From: an uncultured Clostridia bacterium
GTDB lineage: Bacteria > Bacillota > Clostridia > Christensenellales > UBA3700
Assembly: GCA_947037025.1 (NCBI GenBank)
Contig: CAMQSU010000003.1
Span: forward strand, 662-64,661
Direction: 5' to 3'
Length of the DNA: 64,000 nucleotides
Shown here: positions 31,088-41,576 of the stretch, piece by piece
Layout: each line of letters begins with the position of its first letter
Position numbering within the stretch: the stretch's first letter is position 1
Notes under the pieces: model-generated
Databases searched by the model: none
What the model was told of the DNA's origin: nothing
What the model saw: only the letters and a program-made list of their open reading frames with translations
Translations under genes and position numbers: made by a program

Positions 31088-32455
31088 TTAAGACATCCTG
31101 ATAGTATCAGTTTTTCCGCCGTGCTGATTGTTTGAGTACTCCATAAATGCAGTTAGTACTATTATAATAAGCACGAATGGGAATGGTGTAAATGTACCTG
31201 CATCCATCAAGCAAAGAACTTCAAATCCGATTATTGCAATAGAAATTATTATGTTAAAAGGATTTGGATTTTTAAACATTATGACAGCTCGTGAGATATA
31301 ATAAATACCATACGCTACCATACCTACAATACCTAACGTTCCCATTATCTGGAATGGAGTAGAGTAGAATAGATAAAAATCTGAAACTAGTAATGTTTCG
31401 CTAGCAAAGCCTAGTCCGCCACCAAAGATTGGGTTTGCAAGGAATAGGTTATATGCTTGCGTAAATAATGTTGTGTAACCTGCATAGCTAACTTTCTCAA
31501 ATATAAATATTTTTTCAATTATTCCTATAGTTTTATCTGGGAACATTAGCGCATATATTGATGCAGCAAGGATAATCGTGCATATTGCATAAAGAAGATA
31601 ACCTCTGTTTTTGCCCTTGAATATTGAGTAGATTATAATAGCTAACATTGTTGCACTGCTTACAATTACTACAAGTTTTGAGCCAACAAAGAATATCAAG
31701 AAATACATCAAAAAACTTATTATATAAAAAGGTATTGCTGTCATTTTTCTGCCGTATCCAATAAAGAATGCGCAAGGAAATGATAATGTTAAAATCATTG
31801 AAACGCTATTAATATTTCCCCAACCGAAATCCATTGATGTACGTATTAGGTCAACAATATCAGATTCGCTACGCAGTACAAATGTTATTAATTGAGCGAC
31901 CACTATTAGACCTAAAGTCAGCATGATGTAACACATATAATTATGTGCTTTTACCCATGCTGGAGGGTTTAAGTATAACATTATAATGTAATAAGCCAAA
32001 AGCATTATCGGGCCAAGAGCAATGATAAATATAGCACCATTAAAATATTGATCAACTGATAAATATCCAACTCCACCTAAAATCAGTGCAATAGATACAA
32101 GTATTAGTGGAAGTGTCAGCTTAAACAGTCTAAACTTTGGTTTATATGTAATAAGGTGAGCAATTAATGACACCAAAAGAATACCGCCACCAATGCCAAT
32201 TAATATCATGTTTAACCTAGAGGAAAACATGTTTTTACTAGTTGCACAAAGTGCAGTGAATATCAAACACGGCAGCAGCGGCATAATGTCGCGATTAAAT
32301 GCCAGCACAAGTCCGCCGACTGTAAGCAACACAAGAATACCTATTCCGCCTAGGTTTAATGCCCAAGAAGTGATAGCAATAGCACCTAAAATTAAAATAA
32401 ATAATGGGTTATATATTATTCTTTGAAAAAGTTGTTTTGAAGTAAGTTTATTCAT
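31088..32455 (-). CDS. O-antigen ligase/Wzy_C-family membrane protein, degenerate paralogue
   Basis: Polytopic; colinear with 32714-34114 (FKLTxPL, GWGN, FGxGxG); start uncertain (ATG 32455 vs TTG 32488). Confidence 0.75.
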   Translation of the reverse strand: MNKLTSKQLFQRIIYNPLFILILGAIAITSWALNLGGIGILVLLTVGGLVLAFNRDIMPLLPCLIFTALCATSKNMFSSRLNMILIGIGGGILLVSLIAHLITYKPKFRLFKLTLPLILVSIALILGGVGYLSVDQYFNGAIFIIALGPIMLLAYYIIMLYLNPPAWVKAHNYMCYIMLTLGLIVVAQLITFVLRSESDIVDLIRTSMDFGWGNINSVSMILTLSFPCAFFIGYGRKMTAIPFYIISFLMYFLIFFVGSKLVVIVSSATMLAIIIYSIFKGKNRGYLLYAICTIILAASIYALMFPDKTIGIIEKIFIFEKVSYAGYTTLFTQAYNLFLANPIFGGGLGFASETLLVSDFYLFYSTPFQIMGTLGIVGMVAYGIYYISRAVIMFKNPNPFNIIISIAIIGFEVLCLMDAGTFTPFPFVLIIIVLTAFMEYSNNQHGGKTDTIRMS

Positions 32456-32713
32456 AAAAGTATTTCCCAACATTTTTTGCAAGTGCAAAGAAAATGCTAA
32501 TCCTATAATTGATGTAAGACATTGATGTCTTATATTAGAGTAATAGAATTATATATACAAGTGATTATAATATGAAAAGTCACCGTAGTATAATTTTATT
32601 TTCAAGCAGAGGTTACTATATATTATTTTTGTTAAGTGATTTTATAAATTATCATTGACACTAAATGGTTATGGATATATTGTATATTATTGCAAGTTGT
32701 AGAACAATGCAAA

Positions 32714-34114
32714 TTATAATTTTTCTGATATTCTAAAGTTTCGCTTAGGGGTAGGGTAAAATTTATCGTTAGAGTACTCTAAAAAGGCTGTTATAAATAT
32801 AACTATAAACATAGTAGGGAATGGTAGGAATGTGCCATTTTCTATAAGGCAAAGCAACTCGAAAGCAATTACACCAGAACCTACAAATACATTAAAGATA
32901 GAAGGATTGTGGAATATACTTTTTGCTCTTAATACGTAGTATATGCCATACGCTATAAATCCTATCATACCTGTGCTTGCAATTACTTGCAATATAGTAG
33001 AGTGGAACCAGTACATTCCAAACTCTGGCACATAAAGATTGTTTCCCATATATCCTATGCCTACACCAAATATCGAATTGTTTAAGAATAAATTATAAGC
33101 TTCCGCAAATAATTCAAATCTACCGGTAGAGTCAAGGTTGATGTTTTCGAATAATTTATCTAGCACCGCTGCAAAAGCAGTTGAGTTAAATAACATAAAT
33201 ATTGACAGTGCCAAAACCATACCTGCGATAGTGTATATTAAATTATATCGAGTTTTTGATTTTGCTAATGTGTAGATAGTTGGTACAATCATAGACATAA
33301 CACAGCCTACTATGCCACCTCTAGAAAAAGTTAAAATCATTATGAAGAGTGCTATTGCAGACAAGACATAACATGGAACCGCTATATAAAACTTGCTGTC
33401 ATAAGCGATGTAGAATAGCGCAGGAAGTATTATAGTTAGTACTAGACCTACAGTGTTTCTATTGCCCCAGCCAAGATCCATTGTAATTCTGACAAGATCC
33501 TCTAATGGCTGGTCAAATCTGATAATATATATTAAACTTTCTGATACTAACACTATGATGATGCTGATTAATATATAGCACATATACCGCCTAGAGTCTA
33601 CTTTGTCGTTAGGGCATGTATAAATCATAAGAAAGTAATATAAACATAGCATTAAAGGTCCTAAAGTTATAATGAATGTCATGCTTTTAAGATAGGCTTC
33701 AGCTTCAATATAGCCGATACCACCTAAAAACAATGCAACACTAACTAATGCTAGAGGCACTGTTAATTTAAATAATTTGAATTTCGGTTTGAATAAAAAG
33801 AAGTGAGCTACAAAAGCTATACCAAGAAGCACACCACCTACAGCTACTATATAAATATTTTGCGGATGAGTTAAAAAGTCTTGATTAGAAGTTGCAAATA
33901 TAGGAAGTGCCAAACAAGGCACAGCAGGTAGAGCATCACGGTTTATTATCAGTGCAAAAGCACCAATTGAAAGGGTAGCACACATGCTTAAAGCACTTTG
34001 CTCAAAAGCCCATCCAAACACAGTTATGGCACTTAGTATTAATAAATACCAGGGGCTATATAATAAATCATTTATTGTGTTTTGGTATCTTAATTTGTGT
34101 GTAAGCATATCCAC
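32714..34114 (-). CDS. O-antigen ligase/Wzy_C-family membrane protein
   Basis: TFSRGG, STGR, FGVGIG, FHS..LQ...TG..G; start approximate. Confidence 0.85.
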   Translation of the reverse strand: MDMLTHKLRYQNTINDLLYSPWYLLILSAITVFGWAFEQSALSMCATLSIGAFALIINRDALPAVPCLALPIFATSNQDFLTHPQNIYIVAVGGVLLGIAFVAHFFLFKPKFKLFKLTVPLALVSVALFLGGIGYIEAEAYLKSMTFIITLGPLMLCLYYFLMIYTCPNDKVDSRRYMCYILISIIIVLVSESLIYIIRFDQPLEDLVRITMDLGWGNRNTVGLVLTIILPALFYIAYDSKFYIAVPCYVLSAIALFIMILTFSRGGIVGCVMSMIVPTIYTLAKSKTRYNLIYTIAGMVLALSIFMLFNSTAFAAVLDKLFENINLDSTGRFELFAEAYNLFLNNSIFGVGIGYMGNNLYVPEFGMYWFHSTILQVIASTGMIGFIAYGIYYVLRAKSIFHNPSIFNVFVGSGVIAFELLCLIENGTFLPFPTMFIVIFITAFLEYSNDKFYPTPKRNFRISEKL

Positions 34115-34148
34115 CTTTTTGTTTTATGTTTGCATTTGTAGTAAGTAA

Positions 34149-35618
34149 TTAATTTAATATATCATTAGATTTTTCCTCAGGTGTTTCATAGCAACTACCT
34201 TCAGTTAAAATTATTGTATCCGCCTCAGAATCGTTTAGCTCGTCGCTGCATGGTATGTTGTCTTTAGAGCAGTCGCTAGAATCGTTGAGGTTACATTGTT
34301 CTATGGTGATTTTATCGATAGATGAATTGTCTGAAGCATTTTCTTTAGTACTATCTATTCGAGTAACGGTGCTCCATTTTTGTTTAGGATTAAGTACGCC
34401 GCAAGTTATTGCAACATTTGTAAGAAGCATAATAGGGGTCATCAATAATACGCCTTTTGCATATTTGCGTAGCTTAATATCTTTAAGTAGTCTATCCCTT
34501 TGTAAAAAGAGAGTTATTACTCCTTGCATTGTCAGCATAACAAACATAATGCAAACTACTATAATTGCCATTGGTATAAAAGCAGTCAAGCTTAATTCTG
34601 TGCCCATGTGCAATACCGGCATACCTGTTATTATCATTTTTAGTATTAAGAAAATATAGTATATCGGGAACCAAATGCATGATATTAATGAAATTGGTAT
34701 AAAGCTGAAAGTTAAAAACATATCGATATATGTTGGCTTTCCAGTTGTAAAAAATTTCCCAATTAAACGGTGACCTTTAGTCCAAAAAAGCTTGTTAATG
34801 CCTTTTCCAATTCGCATATTTCTACCGAACAAATCTTTAACTTTTTCTGATTGTTCCTCAAATAAAATTGCATCTTCTACATAATGACAACGATATCCTT
34901 TTAGCATTGCCTGAGTCATAAAGTCTACATCCTCAACTAATGATTTATTAGAAGGAAATGTTCCAAACTCGGTTAATAGTTTGCTAGAGAACATCATTCC
35001 ATTGCCTACAAGCTGTGCATTCATATGCAATTTTTCACGAACGCGAGCGGTTATTCTAGCGTCTCGAATGTTATAAAGTGCTGCAACGCATGATAAAGCG
35101 CTAGCAAAAGTATTAATAGTATTAATAAAACCTCGAGCAACATGTACGCCAGAATTATAAGCGTCGTTCATCTTGCTAGTGTAGAGCGGATCTATCATAG
35201 TATCGGCATCAAAAACAATAAAAAAATCATAGTCAGTATAACCAATTGTGTCAATAGCATGTTTTAATGCTGCACCTTTAATTTTTGATTCGCTATTAAA
35301 TTCAATAACTTTCGCTCCGCAATCTTTAGCAACGGCCGCAGTATTATCTGTGCAATTGTGTGCAACAACAAGGACTTCAATCATACCTTCTGTGTAAGTC
35401 TGAGCAAAAGAACTTTTAATTATTTTAGCAATTACACCTTCCTCATTTCTTGCAGGTATAATAATGCATACTTTACTAATTTTTTCAGATTGTGAAAAGA
35501 CAACTTTCTTGCAGAAAAATGCAGAAATCATATAAAATAATTGTACAATCATAGATAATGAAGTAAATGCAATAAAAATAATATTAATCCAATCTAAAAC
35601 TATATAAAATATATCCAT
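34149..35618 (-). CDS. GT2 family membrane glycosyltransferase
   Basis: IPARNEE, HNCTDNT, K..AL, FDAD, VED; C-terminal TMs; ATG after AGGAGG. Confidence 0.9.
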   Translation of the reverse strand: MDIFYIVLDWINIIFIAFTSLSMIVQLFYMISAFFCKKVVFSQSEKISKVCIIIPARNEEGVIAKIIKSSFAQTYTEGMIEVLVVAHNCTDNTAAVAKDCGAKVIEFNSESKIKGAALKHAIDTIGYTDYDFFIVFDADTMIDPLYTSKMNDAYNSGVHVARGFINTINTFASALSCVAALYNIRDARITARVREKLHMNAQLVGNGMMFSSKLLTEFGTFPSNKSLVEDVDFMTQAMLKGYRCHYVEDAILFEEQSEKVKDLFGRNMRIGKGINKLFWTKGHRLIGKFFTTGKPTYIDMFLTFSFIPISLISCIWFPIYYIFLILKMIITGMPVLHMGTELSLTAFIPMAIIVVCIMFVMLTMQGVITLFLQRDRLLKDIKLRKYAKGVLLMTPIMLLTNVAITCGVLNPKQKWSTVTRIDSTKENASDNSSIDKITIEQCNLNDSSDCSKDNIPCSDELNDSEADTIILTEGSCYETPEEKSNDILN

Positions 35619-35790
35619 TAGTTTCCTCCTTAGCAATACAAGACATTATATCATATTTTGTCAACATTGTCTACAATATATACTAACAATATCCTTTATA
35701 TACTATTAATAATGAGGGTGAAGTCGTTTTTTGCTGATTTTATCTAATATTATAAACTGTTTAAACAAAGAAAACTAAACAAAAGAAAAC

Positions 35791-35835
35791 AAAAATTCGC
35801 CTTACACATTTTAGTATGTATAGTAAGGCGAATTT
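35791..35835 (-). terminator. Terminator of trpB
   Basis: AAATTCGCCTTAC...GTAAGGCGAATTT. Confidence 0.85.
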
Positions 35836-35917
35836 AATGCTGTTAGTAGCGGTTAAATATGCATTGTATTATTTATAATAAATATTACGGTTTTGTTATT
35901 GTATTAGAGGATTTTTT

Positions 35918-37138
35918 TTACTCTCTTGTGCCGTAGTTTTCAATAACATACTCTAAATCCTTGTCGCCACGACCAGATAGACATATTAAAATGCTACCTT
36001 TATTCATTGATTTTGCAAGCTTGATTCCGTATGCAACAGCGTGACTACTTTCGATTGCAGGGATAATTCCTTCCATTCTTGATAATTCGAAAAATGCATC
36101 AATAGATTCATCATCACCGATAGCATCGTATTTGATTCTGCCTTTTTCCATTAGGAAAGAATGCTCTGGGCCAGATGAAGGGTAGTCAAGTCCGCTTGCA
36201 ATAGAATATACTGGAGCAGGCTCGCCGTTATTATCTTTTAACATTATACTATTAAATCCGTGCATTACACCTTCGGTACCGTAAACAAGGCTTGCTGCGT
36301 GGTCGCCAAGTTTTGGTCCACGACCTAAAGGCTCAACGCCGTAAATATCCACAGGGTCATTAAGGAAGCCGCTAAACATTCCGATAGAGTTACTTCCTCC
36401 GCCAACGCAAGCAACAATAGCATCAGGAAGTTCGCCAGTCATCTCAAGGAATTGAGCTCTAGACTCAATTCCGATAACAGACTGAAAATCACGAACCATT
36501 GCAGGGAATGGATGCGGACCAACAACTGAACCGATACAATATATACTATCTTTATACTCTTTGCTGTATGCTTCAAATGCAGCATCAACAGCCTCTTTAA
36601 GAGTTTGCAGACCGTGAGTAACTTCTATCACTCTTGCTCCTAAAATTTTCATACGGGCAACATTTGGTGCTTGCTTCTTAATATCAACAGACCCCATATA
36701 AATGTCGCACTCAAGACCAAAAAATGCAGCAGCAGTTGCAAGAGCAACGCCATGTTGACCCGCACCAGTTTCCGCAATTAGTTTTTTCTTACCCATGTAT
36801 TTTGCAAGCAATCCCTCGCCCATGCAATGATTAAGTTTGTGCGCACCAGTATGGTTCAAATCTTCACGCTTTACATAAATTTGAGCGCCACCAATCTTAG
36901 TTGATAATCTCTCTAGATGAGAAATAGGTGTAGGGCGACCTTGAAACTCCTTGCGGATTCTTCTAAGCTCATTTACAAATTTAGATGACTTGCATATTGT
37001 CATGTAAGCATCGTTCACTTCGCTAACTGGTATAATTAGCTCCTCAGGTAAATATACTCCGCCATACTTGCCGAAATATCCGTCTTTGTCAGGGTAGTTT
37101 TTAGTGTATGTTTCATAGTTTACATTATTTAGTATCAT
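35918..37138 (-). CDS. trpB: Tryptophan synthase beta chain (stand-alone, no adjacent trpA)
   Basis: [35 protein letters not shown]. Confidence 0.96.
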   Translation of the reverse strand: MILNNVNYETYTKNYPDKDGYFGKYGGVYLPEELIIPVSEVNDAYMTICKSSKFVNELRRIRKEFQGRPTPISHLERLSTKIGGAQIYVKREDLNHTGAHKLNHCMGEGLLAKYMGKKKLIAETGAGQHGVALATAAAFFGLECDIYMGSVDIKKQAPNVARMKILGARVIEVTHGLQTLKEAVDAAFEAYSKEYKDSIYCIGSVVGPHPFPAMVRDFQSVIGIESRAQFLEMTGELPDAIVACVGGGSNSIGMFSGFLNDPVDIYGVEPLGRGPKLGDHAASLVYGTEGVMHGFNSIMLKDNNGEPAPVYSIASGLDYPSSGPEHSFLMEKGRIKYDAIGDDESIDAFFELSRMEGIIPAIESSHAVAYGIKLAKSMNKGSILICLSGRGDKDLEYVIENYGTRE

Positions 37139-37236
37139 AATAATTCCTTTGTTTAGTTGCGTAATTTACGCATAATTTTGTGTTATAGCTGCAAATTATT
37201 ACTCACATTTGCATAACTATAAGTTATATTTGAAAT

Positions 37237-37269
37237 AAAAAAATACATAAGAAAAACAATCCTTATGCA
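37237..37269 (-). terminator. Attenuator terminator in trpB leader
   Basis: Minus strand UGCAUAAGGA-uuguuu-UUCUUAUGUA followed by U7. Confidence 0.75.
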
Positions 37270-37281
37270 ACTATTAAAGCG

Positions 37282-37311
37282 TTAATTACGCCAATAAAAT
37301 CTATTAAACAT
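37282..37311 (-). CDS. Putative trp leader peptide MFNRFYWRN
   Basis: GAGGAG RBS 9 nt upstream of ATG; Phe/Tyr/Trp codons; lies between promoter and terminator ahead of trpB. Confidence 0.7.
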   Translation of the reverse strand: MFNRFYWRN

Positions 37312-37426
37312 ATCACTAATCTCCTCTAATCTAATCTGAATTACTTGCGGTTATGGTAGCTAGGTATCATAACAATTACATATATTAGCTTGATAAATCA
37401 CACGTCTATCACAACTGATATATATC

Positions 37427-37455
37427 ATTATATGCTATAAATGATAATTTGTCAA
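37427..37455 (-). promoter_or_regulatory. Sigma-A promoter of trpB leader
   Basis: TTGACA-17 bp-TATAAT on minus strand. Confidence 0.82.
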
Positions 37456-37476
37456 TAGAATTATCAAAATAATAAT

Positions 37477-37509
37477 AAAAACTACCCAATTATGTTAATC
37501 GGGTAGTTT
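37477..37509 (-). terminator. Terminator of ilvN
   Basis: AAACTACCC...GGGTAGTTT. Confidence 0.8.
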
Positions 37510-37555
37510 GAATATTTAAGTTAAATTAGCTTAGGATAAGCATTAGCAGGTGATA

Positions 37556-38065
37556 TTACTGCTTGCAAAGACTCTTGATAACGCAGTTGCCTCTATGCAA
37601 TGCGCTAACACCAGATCTTGCTAGCTCTGTAATTTCATAAGGACGCAACACATTGATAAATGCATCAATCTTAGAAGGTTTGCCAGTAAGCTCAAGCACC
37701 ATTGATTGCTTTGATAGGTCTGATACTTTAGCTTTAAATATTGTGCAAATTTCTAATATTTCAGTTCGTTTATCAGGCTCTAACTGAATTTTAATCAATA
37801 GCAATTCACGCAAAACGGAAGATTCTTCAAGCAGTTCAGTTACGGCTGACACTTCAACTTGCTTATCAAGCTGTGACTTCAATTGAGTGATATCGCTCTC
37901 TGATCCGTATAATGATATTGTCATGCGAGAGTAATGGTCATCAGATGTTTTGCATACTGATAAACTCTCTATATTGTACCCACGTCTTGATATTAAACCT
38001 GATATTCTTGTTAGTACACCAGAGTTATTTCCGACTAGCATTGAGATATATTTTAGTTTTTCCAT
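37556..38065 (-). CDS. ilvN: Acetolactate synthase small (ACT regulatory) subunit
   Basis: NNSGVLTRISGLISRRGYNIESLSV, RELLLIKI, ELARSG. Confidence 0.93.
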   Translation of the reverse strand: MEKLKYISMLVGNNSGVLTRISGLISRRGYNIESLSVCKTSDDHYSRMTISLYGSESDITQLKSQLDKQVEVSAVTELLEESSVLRELLLIKIQLEPDKRTEILEICTIFKAKVSDLSKQSMVLELTGKPSKIDAFINVLRPYEITELARSGVSALHRGNCVIKSLCKQ

Positions 38066-38166
38066 TTTAATCTCCTATATCCTTAATATTATATCTTGAC
38101 TAAAAGCCACCGCAGAGCAGTGTATTTATTGCAAAATGTTGTTAGGTTAATTTGCTTATATACATT

Positions 38167-38195
38167 ATTATATAATAGATTAGCGATAATGTCAA
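38167..38195 (-). promoter_or_regulatory. Sigma-A promoter of ilvN
   Basis: TTGACA-17 bp-TATAAT on minus strand. Confidence 0.75.
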
Positions 38196-38220
38196 TATCA
38201 AAATGTAATTAAATGAAATA

Positions 38221-39141
38221 TTACTTTTTGATTCTAAGATCAGTTCCGTTTAGTTGTATAATCTTAGTGTACTTGTTTGTAAGCCTTGATGCTATTCTCT
38301 CACGGTATCTAATTAAAATTTCATTAATAGAAAGATTAGTTGATATCATTGTATGCTTTCTAACACGCTCATCAAGCACGCAGTGCAGATACTCTAGCGT
38401 TATGTTTTTAAGTATTGGTTCTGTGCCAAGGTCATCAATAATAAGTAGGTCACAAGTTAGTAGTGAGTCTAAATATTGATGTCTGATTTTAGCATCACTA
38501 GTATGATATTTTAGAAACAAATTATTTAATGAAAATGCTGTTAAATATTGCACACTAAAACCTCGCAAAATTAAATCATTTGCAGTCGCACTAAGCAGGC
38601 AACTTTTTCCGACTCCTACTTGACCTGTAAGCAGAATATTTTTTACCGAAGTATTAGGAAATTTTTCACTATAATTTTGCATAGAATTATATAACATTCC
38701 AAGGCTTTCTTTTTGCACACATTCTATATTAGAAATGCTGTTATTTTCGAAAGTAAATTGAGGCAATTCTGCAATGCCAGATATCTGCCTGCTTAGTTCG
38801 TAATATACTTTAGTAAGACATGCACAGTTAGTGCCGTTAGCAAGAGTTCCTTTATCCTCACATGCTACGCAAGAGTAGCAGTTTGCGGGTACTCCTAAAG
38901 ATAATTTAACCTCAGCAAGTTTAGTTATTAATTTAGCATTTTCCGCCTCAAGAGTGCGTGTATCCTCGCTCTTTGATAAAGCTTTAGATATTGCAAGAGT
39001 ATTTGATCTAACTGCGCTGTCGGCAGCAATATATTTGCTATTGCTAGTAATTTTTGACATTTCATAAGTGTATTTTTCAACCGAATCTCTGCCGCGCTCC
39101 TGTATTATGTTTTTAGCTTTTTTAAGTATTGATATATTCAT
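38221..39141 (-). CDS. DnaC/DnaI-like helicase loader ATPase
   Basis: CxxCxDxG..CxC Zn module, GQVGVGKS, LIIDDLGTE, STNL, RIASRL. Confidence 0.9.
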   Translation of the reverse strand: MNISILKKAKNIIQERGRDSVEKYTYEMSKITSNSKYIAADSAVRSNTLAISKALSKSEDTRTLEAENAKLITKLAEVKLSLGVPANCYSCVACEDKGTLANGTNCACLTKVYYELSRQISGIAELPQFTFENNSISNIECVQKESLGMLYNSMQNYSEKFPNTSVKNILLTGQVGVGKSCLLSATANDLILRGFSVQYLTAFSLNNLFLKYHTSDAKIRHQYLDSLLTCDLLIIDDLGTEPILKNITLEYLHCVLDERVRKHTMISTNLSINEILIRYRERIASRLTNKYTKIIQLNGTDLRIKK

Positions 39142-39218
39142 AAATCATCTCCAAATAGGGTATTTGTGATTGTTATTTACAATAGTTAGACAAAATTTCA
39201 TATTAAAATTACTATTAA

Positions 39219-40682
39219 TTAGAAATCAAAGTCTGTACTTTTATCTAAATTACCATAAATTTCTTCCAGTTCTTCTTTAGAATAAATACGATTATCGTTT
39301 AAGTCTTGCGTACTAGGTTTTGCATTAGATATGCTAGCAGTAGTAGCACCCCCAACCTTTTTGCAATCGGCAAGTGTCTTTAGTCCGTTATTGTGCCAGT
39401 TAGATAAAACACTATTGATATATGCAAACGAATGCGACTTGCCAACTGATAGGCTAACAGCGTATTCTATAATGTCTGGACTGAATGCCCACATCTCGCT
39501 CCACGTATTGTAATAGTCACGATCTTTCATTGAAACTGTCCTAGAACTTCCAATAGTTTTTAATAGCATTTTTATCAATTTATCTTTCCTTGTAATTTCA
39601 GTATAATGCTCATTAATTGCCTCATTAGAAATAACTCCATTTGCAAAAAGATCTTCAATTAAATTATTCATTCCATCTAGATGTTTTATGTTGCGATGGA
39701 AGCAAATATTTGCAAGAGTTAGTAGTCCTTTTCCATCATATCCACGATCTAGCCAAGGCACAATATATTGCTCAATTACTGGCTCCATATTAGCGTAAAA
39801 AGCACCAATTTTATTGTTAATATTTATTCCAAGATTTTTTACATAATCAATGTATTCTGCGTGCTTGATTATGCTAGGCATTGTGAATAGGCCAAGGCGA
39901 TAAAAACTATCTAATAAATTATCTAATTTTTTGATTCCGCCACGCTTTTTGCATAGCTTAGCAACATACAGAATGCACTCTAAATCATACCCCCAAGAAC
40001 TGTTCCATTTAACGAACTGTTGCTTATCTTCAAAGTCGGGTGCTGACCTAAGTCCAAGTGCGTAAAATACTTGACGCATATTGTCAGTGTTTGCCTCAAG
40101 TTCACGAAGCTTTGCCTCAGCAGACTGTATATCACATACGCCCTCATTTGCCCAAGACTTAGCAACTGTCAAAATATAGTTGCTGTGGACTTTAGTGCCT
40201 TTTAGGTTAGTGCAGTGTGATACTATCATCAGCATTGCATTTTGATCTATCTTGTACTCCTCAATAACTTCCACATACTTCATAAGCTCATTAGGTGTCA
40301 TCGGTCTATCTAGAATGATGCTCTCAAGCTGAGTAATGAAGTCGCGGTATTTTTCAGGGTCATATTTTTTCACTTTGATGTTTCCAGTTTTAAGTGGTAG
40401 GTATTCATAGCTTAGCGGCTCGTCGCAGGTTATTCTGATAGCACCTACCGACTCCCAATACTTGACCGCATTCTCAACTTCGCTAGCAGATACGCCAAGG
40501 GCAAGACTTACTCCCTCAAGGCTGTTATCTCTGCCAGTTTTATTGCCGCACTGAAACATTCCGTGCAAATAAACTTTCACAGCCATTTCGTCCGCAATCG
40601 GCAAATAATCTGTGATAAACATGTTGTCTATTATCGTGTATGAGTTGATAAGTGATTCGCTGCTTAGTTTAGTTAGTGCCAT
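39219..40682 (-). CDS. DnaD/DnaB-domain replication initiation protein
   Basis: IDNxFIxDYLP..VKVYL N-terminus; YI..V..SW repeats; paired with DnaC-like gene. Confidence 0.88.
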   Translation of the reverse strand: MALTKLSSESLINSYTIIDNMFITDYLPIADEMAVKVYLHGMFQCGNKTGRDNSLEGVSLALGVSASEVENAVKYWESVGAIRITCDEPLSYEYLPLKTGNIKVKKYDPEKYRDFITQLESIILDRPMTPNELMKYVEVIEEYKIDQNAMLMIVSHCTNLKGTKVHSNYILTVAKSWANEGVCDIQSAEAKLRELEANTDNMRQVFYALGLRSAPDFEDKQQFVKWNSSWGYDLECILYVAKLCKKRGGIKKLDNLLDSFYRLGLFTMPSIIKHAEYIDYVKNLGININNKIGAFYANMEPVIEQYIVPWLDRGYDGKGLLTLANICFHRNIKHLDGMNNLIEDLFANGVISNEAINEHYTEITRKDKLIKMLLKTIGSSRTVSMKDRDYYNTWSEMWAFSPDIIEYAVSLSVGKSHSFAYINSVLSNWHNNGLKTLADCKKVGGATTASISNAKPSTQDLNDNRIYSKEELEEIYGNLDKSTDFDF

Positions 40683-40798
40683 TTTTTACCTCTTTTACTT
40701 ATTTTGACTAAAAATTTTGCATGATTTATACATATTAATGATATTAAATTTGTCTAGCAAATAATGTAGATAAATTATATACTTTATATAAAGAATAA

Positions 40799-40827
40799 TT
40801 GACAATTATGCCCGCATAGTGTATACT
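40799..40827 (+). promoter_or_regulatory. Sigma-A promoter of lipoprotein genes
   Basis: TTGACA-17 bp-TATACT. Confidence 0.75.
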
Positions 40828-40938
40828 ACTAATATTGTGGCGCATTTGTATGTATATATAATAGCACAATTCGCCAGTTTTGAATACTGTTTTTTCTAAA
40901 TTATTTGGCAAAATCAGTTTTCGTAAGAGGAGGACCTC

Positions 40939-41445
40939 ATGAAGAAGGTTATATTATCAACATTTTTGATAGTCATTGTAGCACTTTCAATTTTGCTAGT
41001 TGGGTGCACTACTGAAAAAAGCATTTCAACAGATATGGGTTTTAAGGCTGACAGTATCGCAGAGCTTAGTGTTTCAAGAAGCGGCGTGACTAAGTCTACA
41101 AAACGCTTTAGCAAAATTGAGCCCGCTTTTAATTTGATTAATGAGATTCAGTTTGACGAGTATGATGGCCAAGTGCTTGATTCGGATAAGACAGATGTTC
41201 CTGATTACTCAATTAAAATAACTCTTAAAGGTTATGAGGGTGCTTTTCAATTATCAGTCATCGTAAAGGATGCTGGCAGTATTGGAAACGCGTCGGATAA
41301 AGATGTGTTGTTAGTTTGGTTTGCACCTACTGATGACTTTAATTACAAAAATGTAATTGATGGTTTTTACACAGTCGCAGATAGTGCAGCGGTTTTAGCT
41401 GCACTTGAAAAGATCGATACAGATATTATGTCATTCGGTGCTTAA
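40939..41445 (+). CDS. Hypothetical lipoprotein
   Basis: Signal peptide with LVGC lipobox; GGAGG RBS. Confidence 0.8.
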   Translation: MKKVILSTFLIVIVALSILLVGCTTEKSISTDMGFKADSIAELSVSRSGVTKSTKRFSKIEPAFNLINEIQFDEYDGQVLDSDKTDVPDYSIKITLKGYEGAFQLSVIVKDAGSIGNASDKDVLLVWFAPTDDFNYKNVIDGFYTVADSAAVLAALEKIDTDIMSFGA

Positions 41446-41576
41446 GGTTATGCGATTTGCATAAACTAAGTACAATACACAATCGAAATAATCAAAAGTA
41501 ACTAACGTGAAAAAATATTTAATAAAATACAGTTGAAAAAAATTTTTAATGTAAAAACATTAGGACAGGAGAATAT

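Noticed and set aside
37139-37420. T-box or TRAP site upstream of trpB
   Set aside because: No T-box consensus or (G/U)AG triplet array; the leader peptide explains the region better
38221-39141. IS21 IstB helper or phage replication module
   Set aside because: No IstA, terminal repeats or phage genes; pairing with a DnaD-domain gene is the ordinary clostridial arrangement
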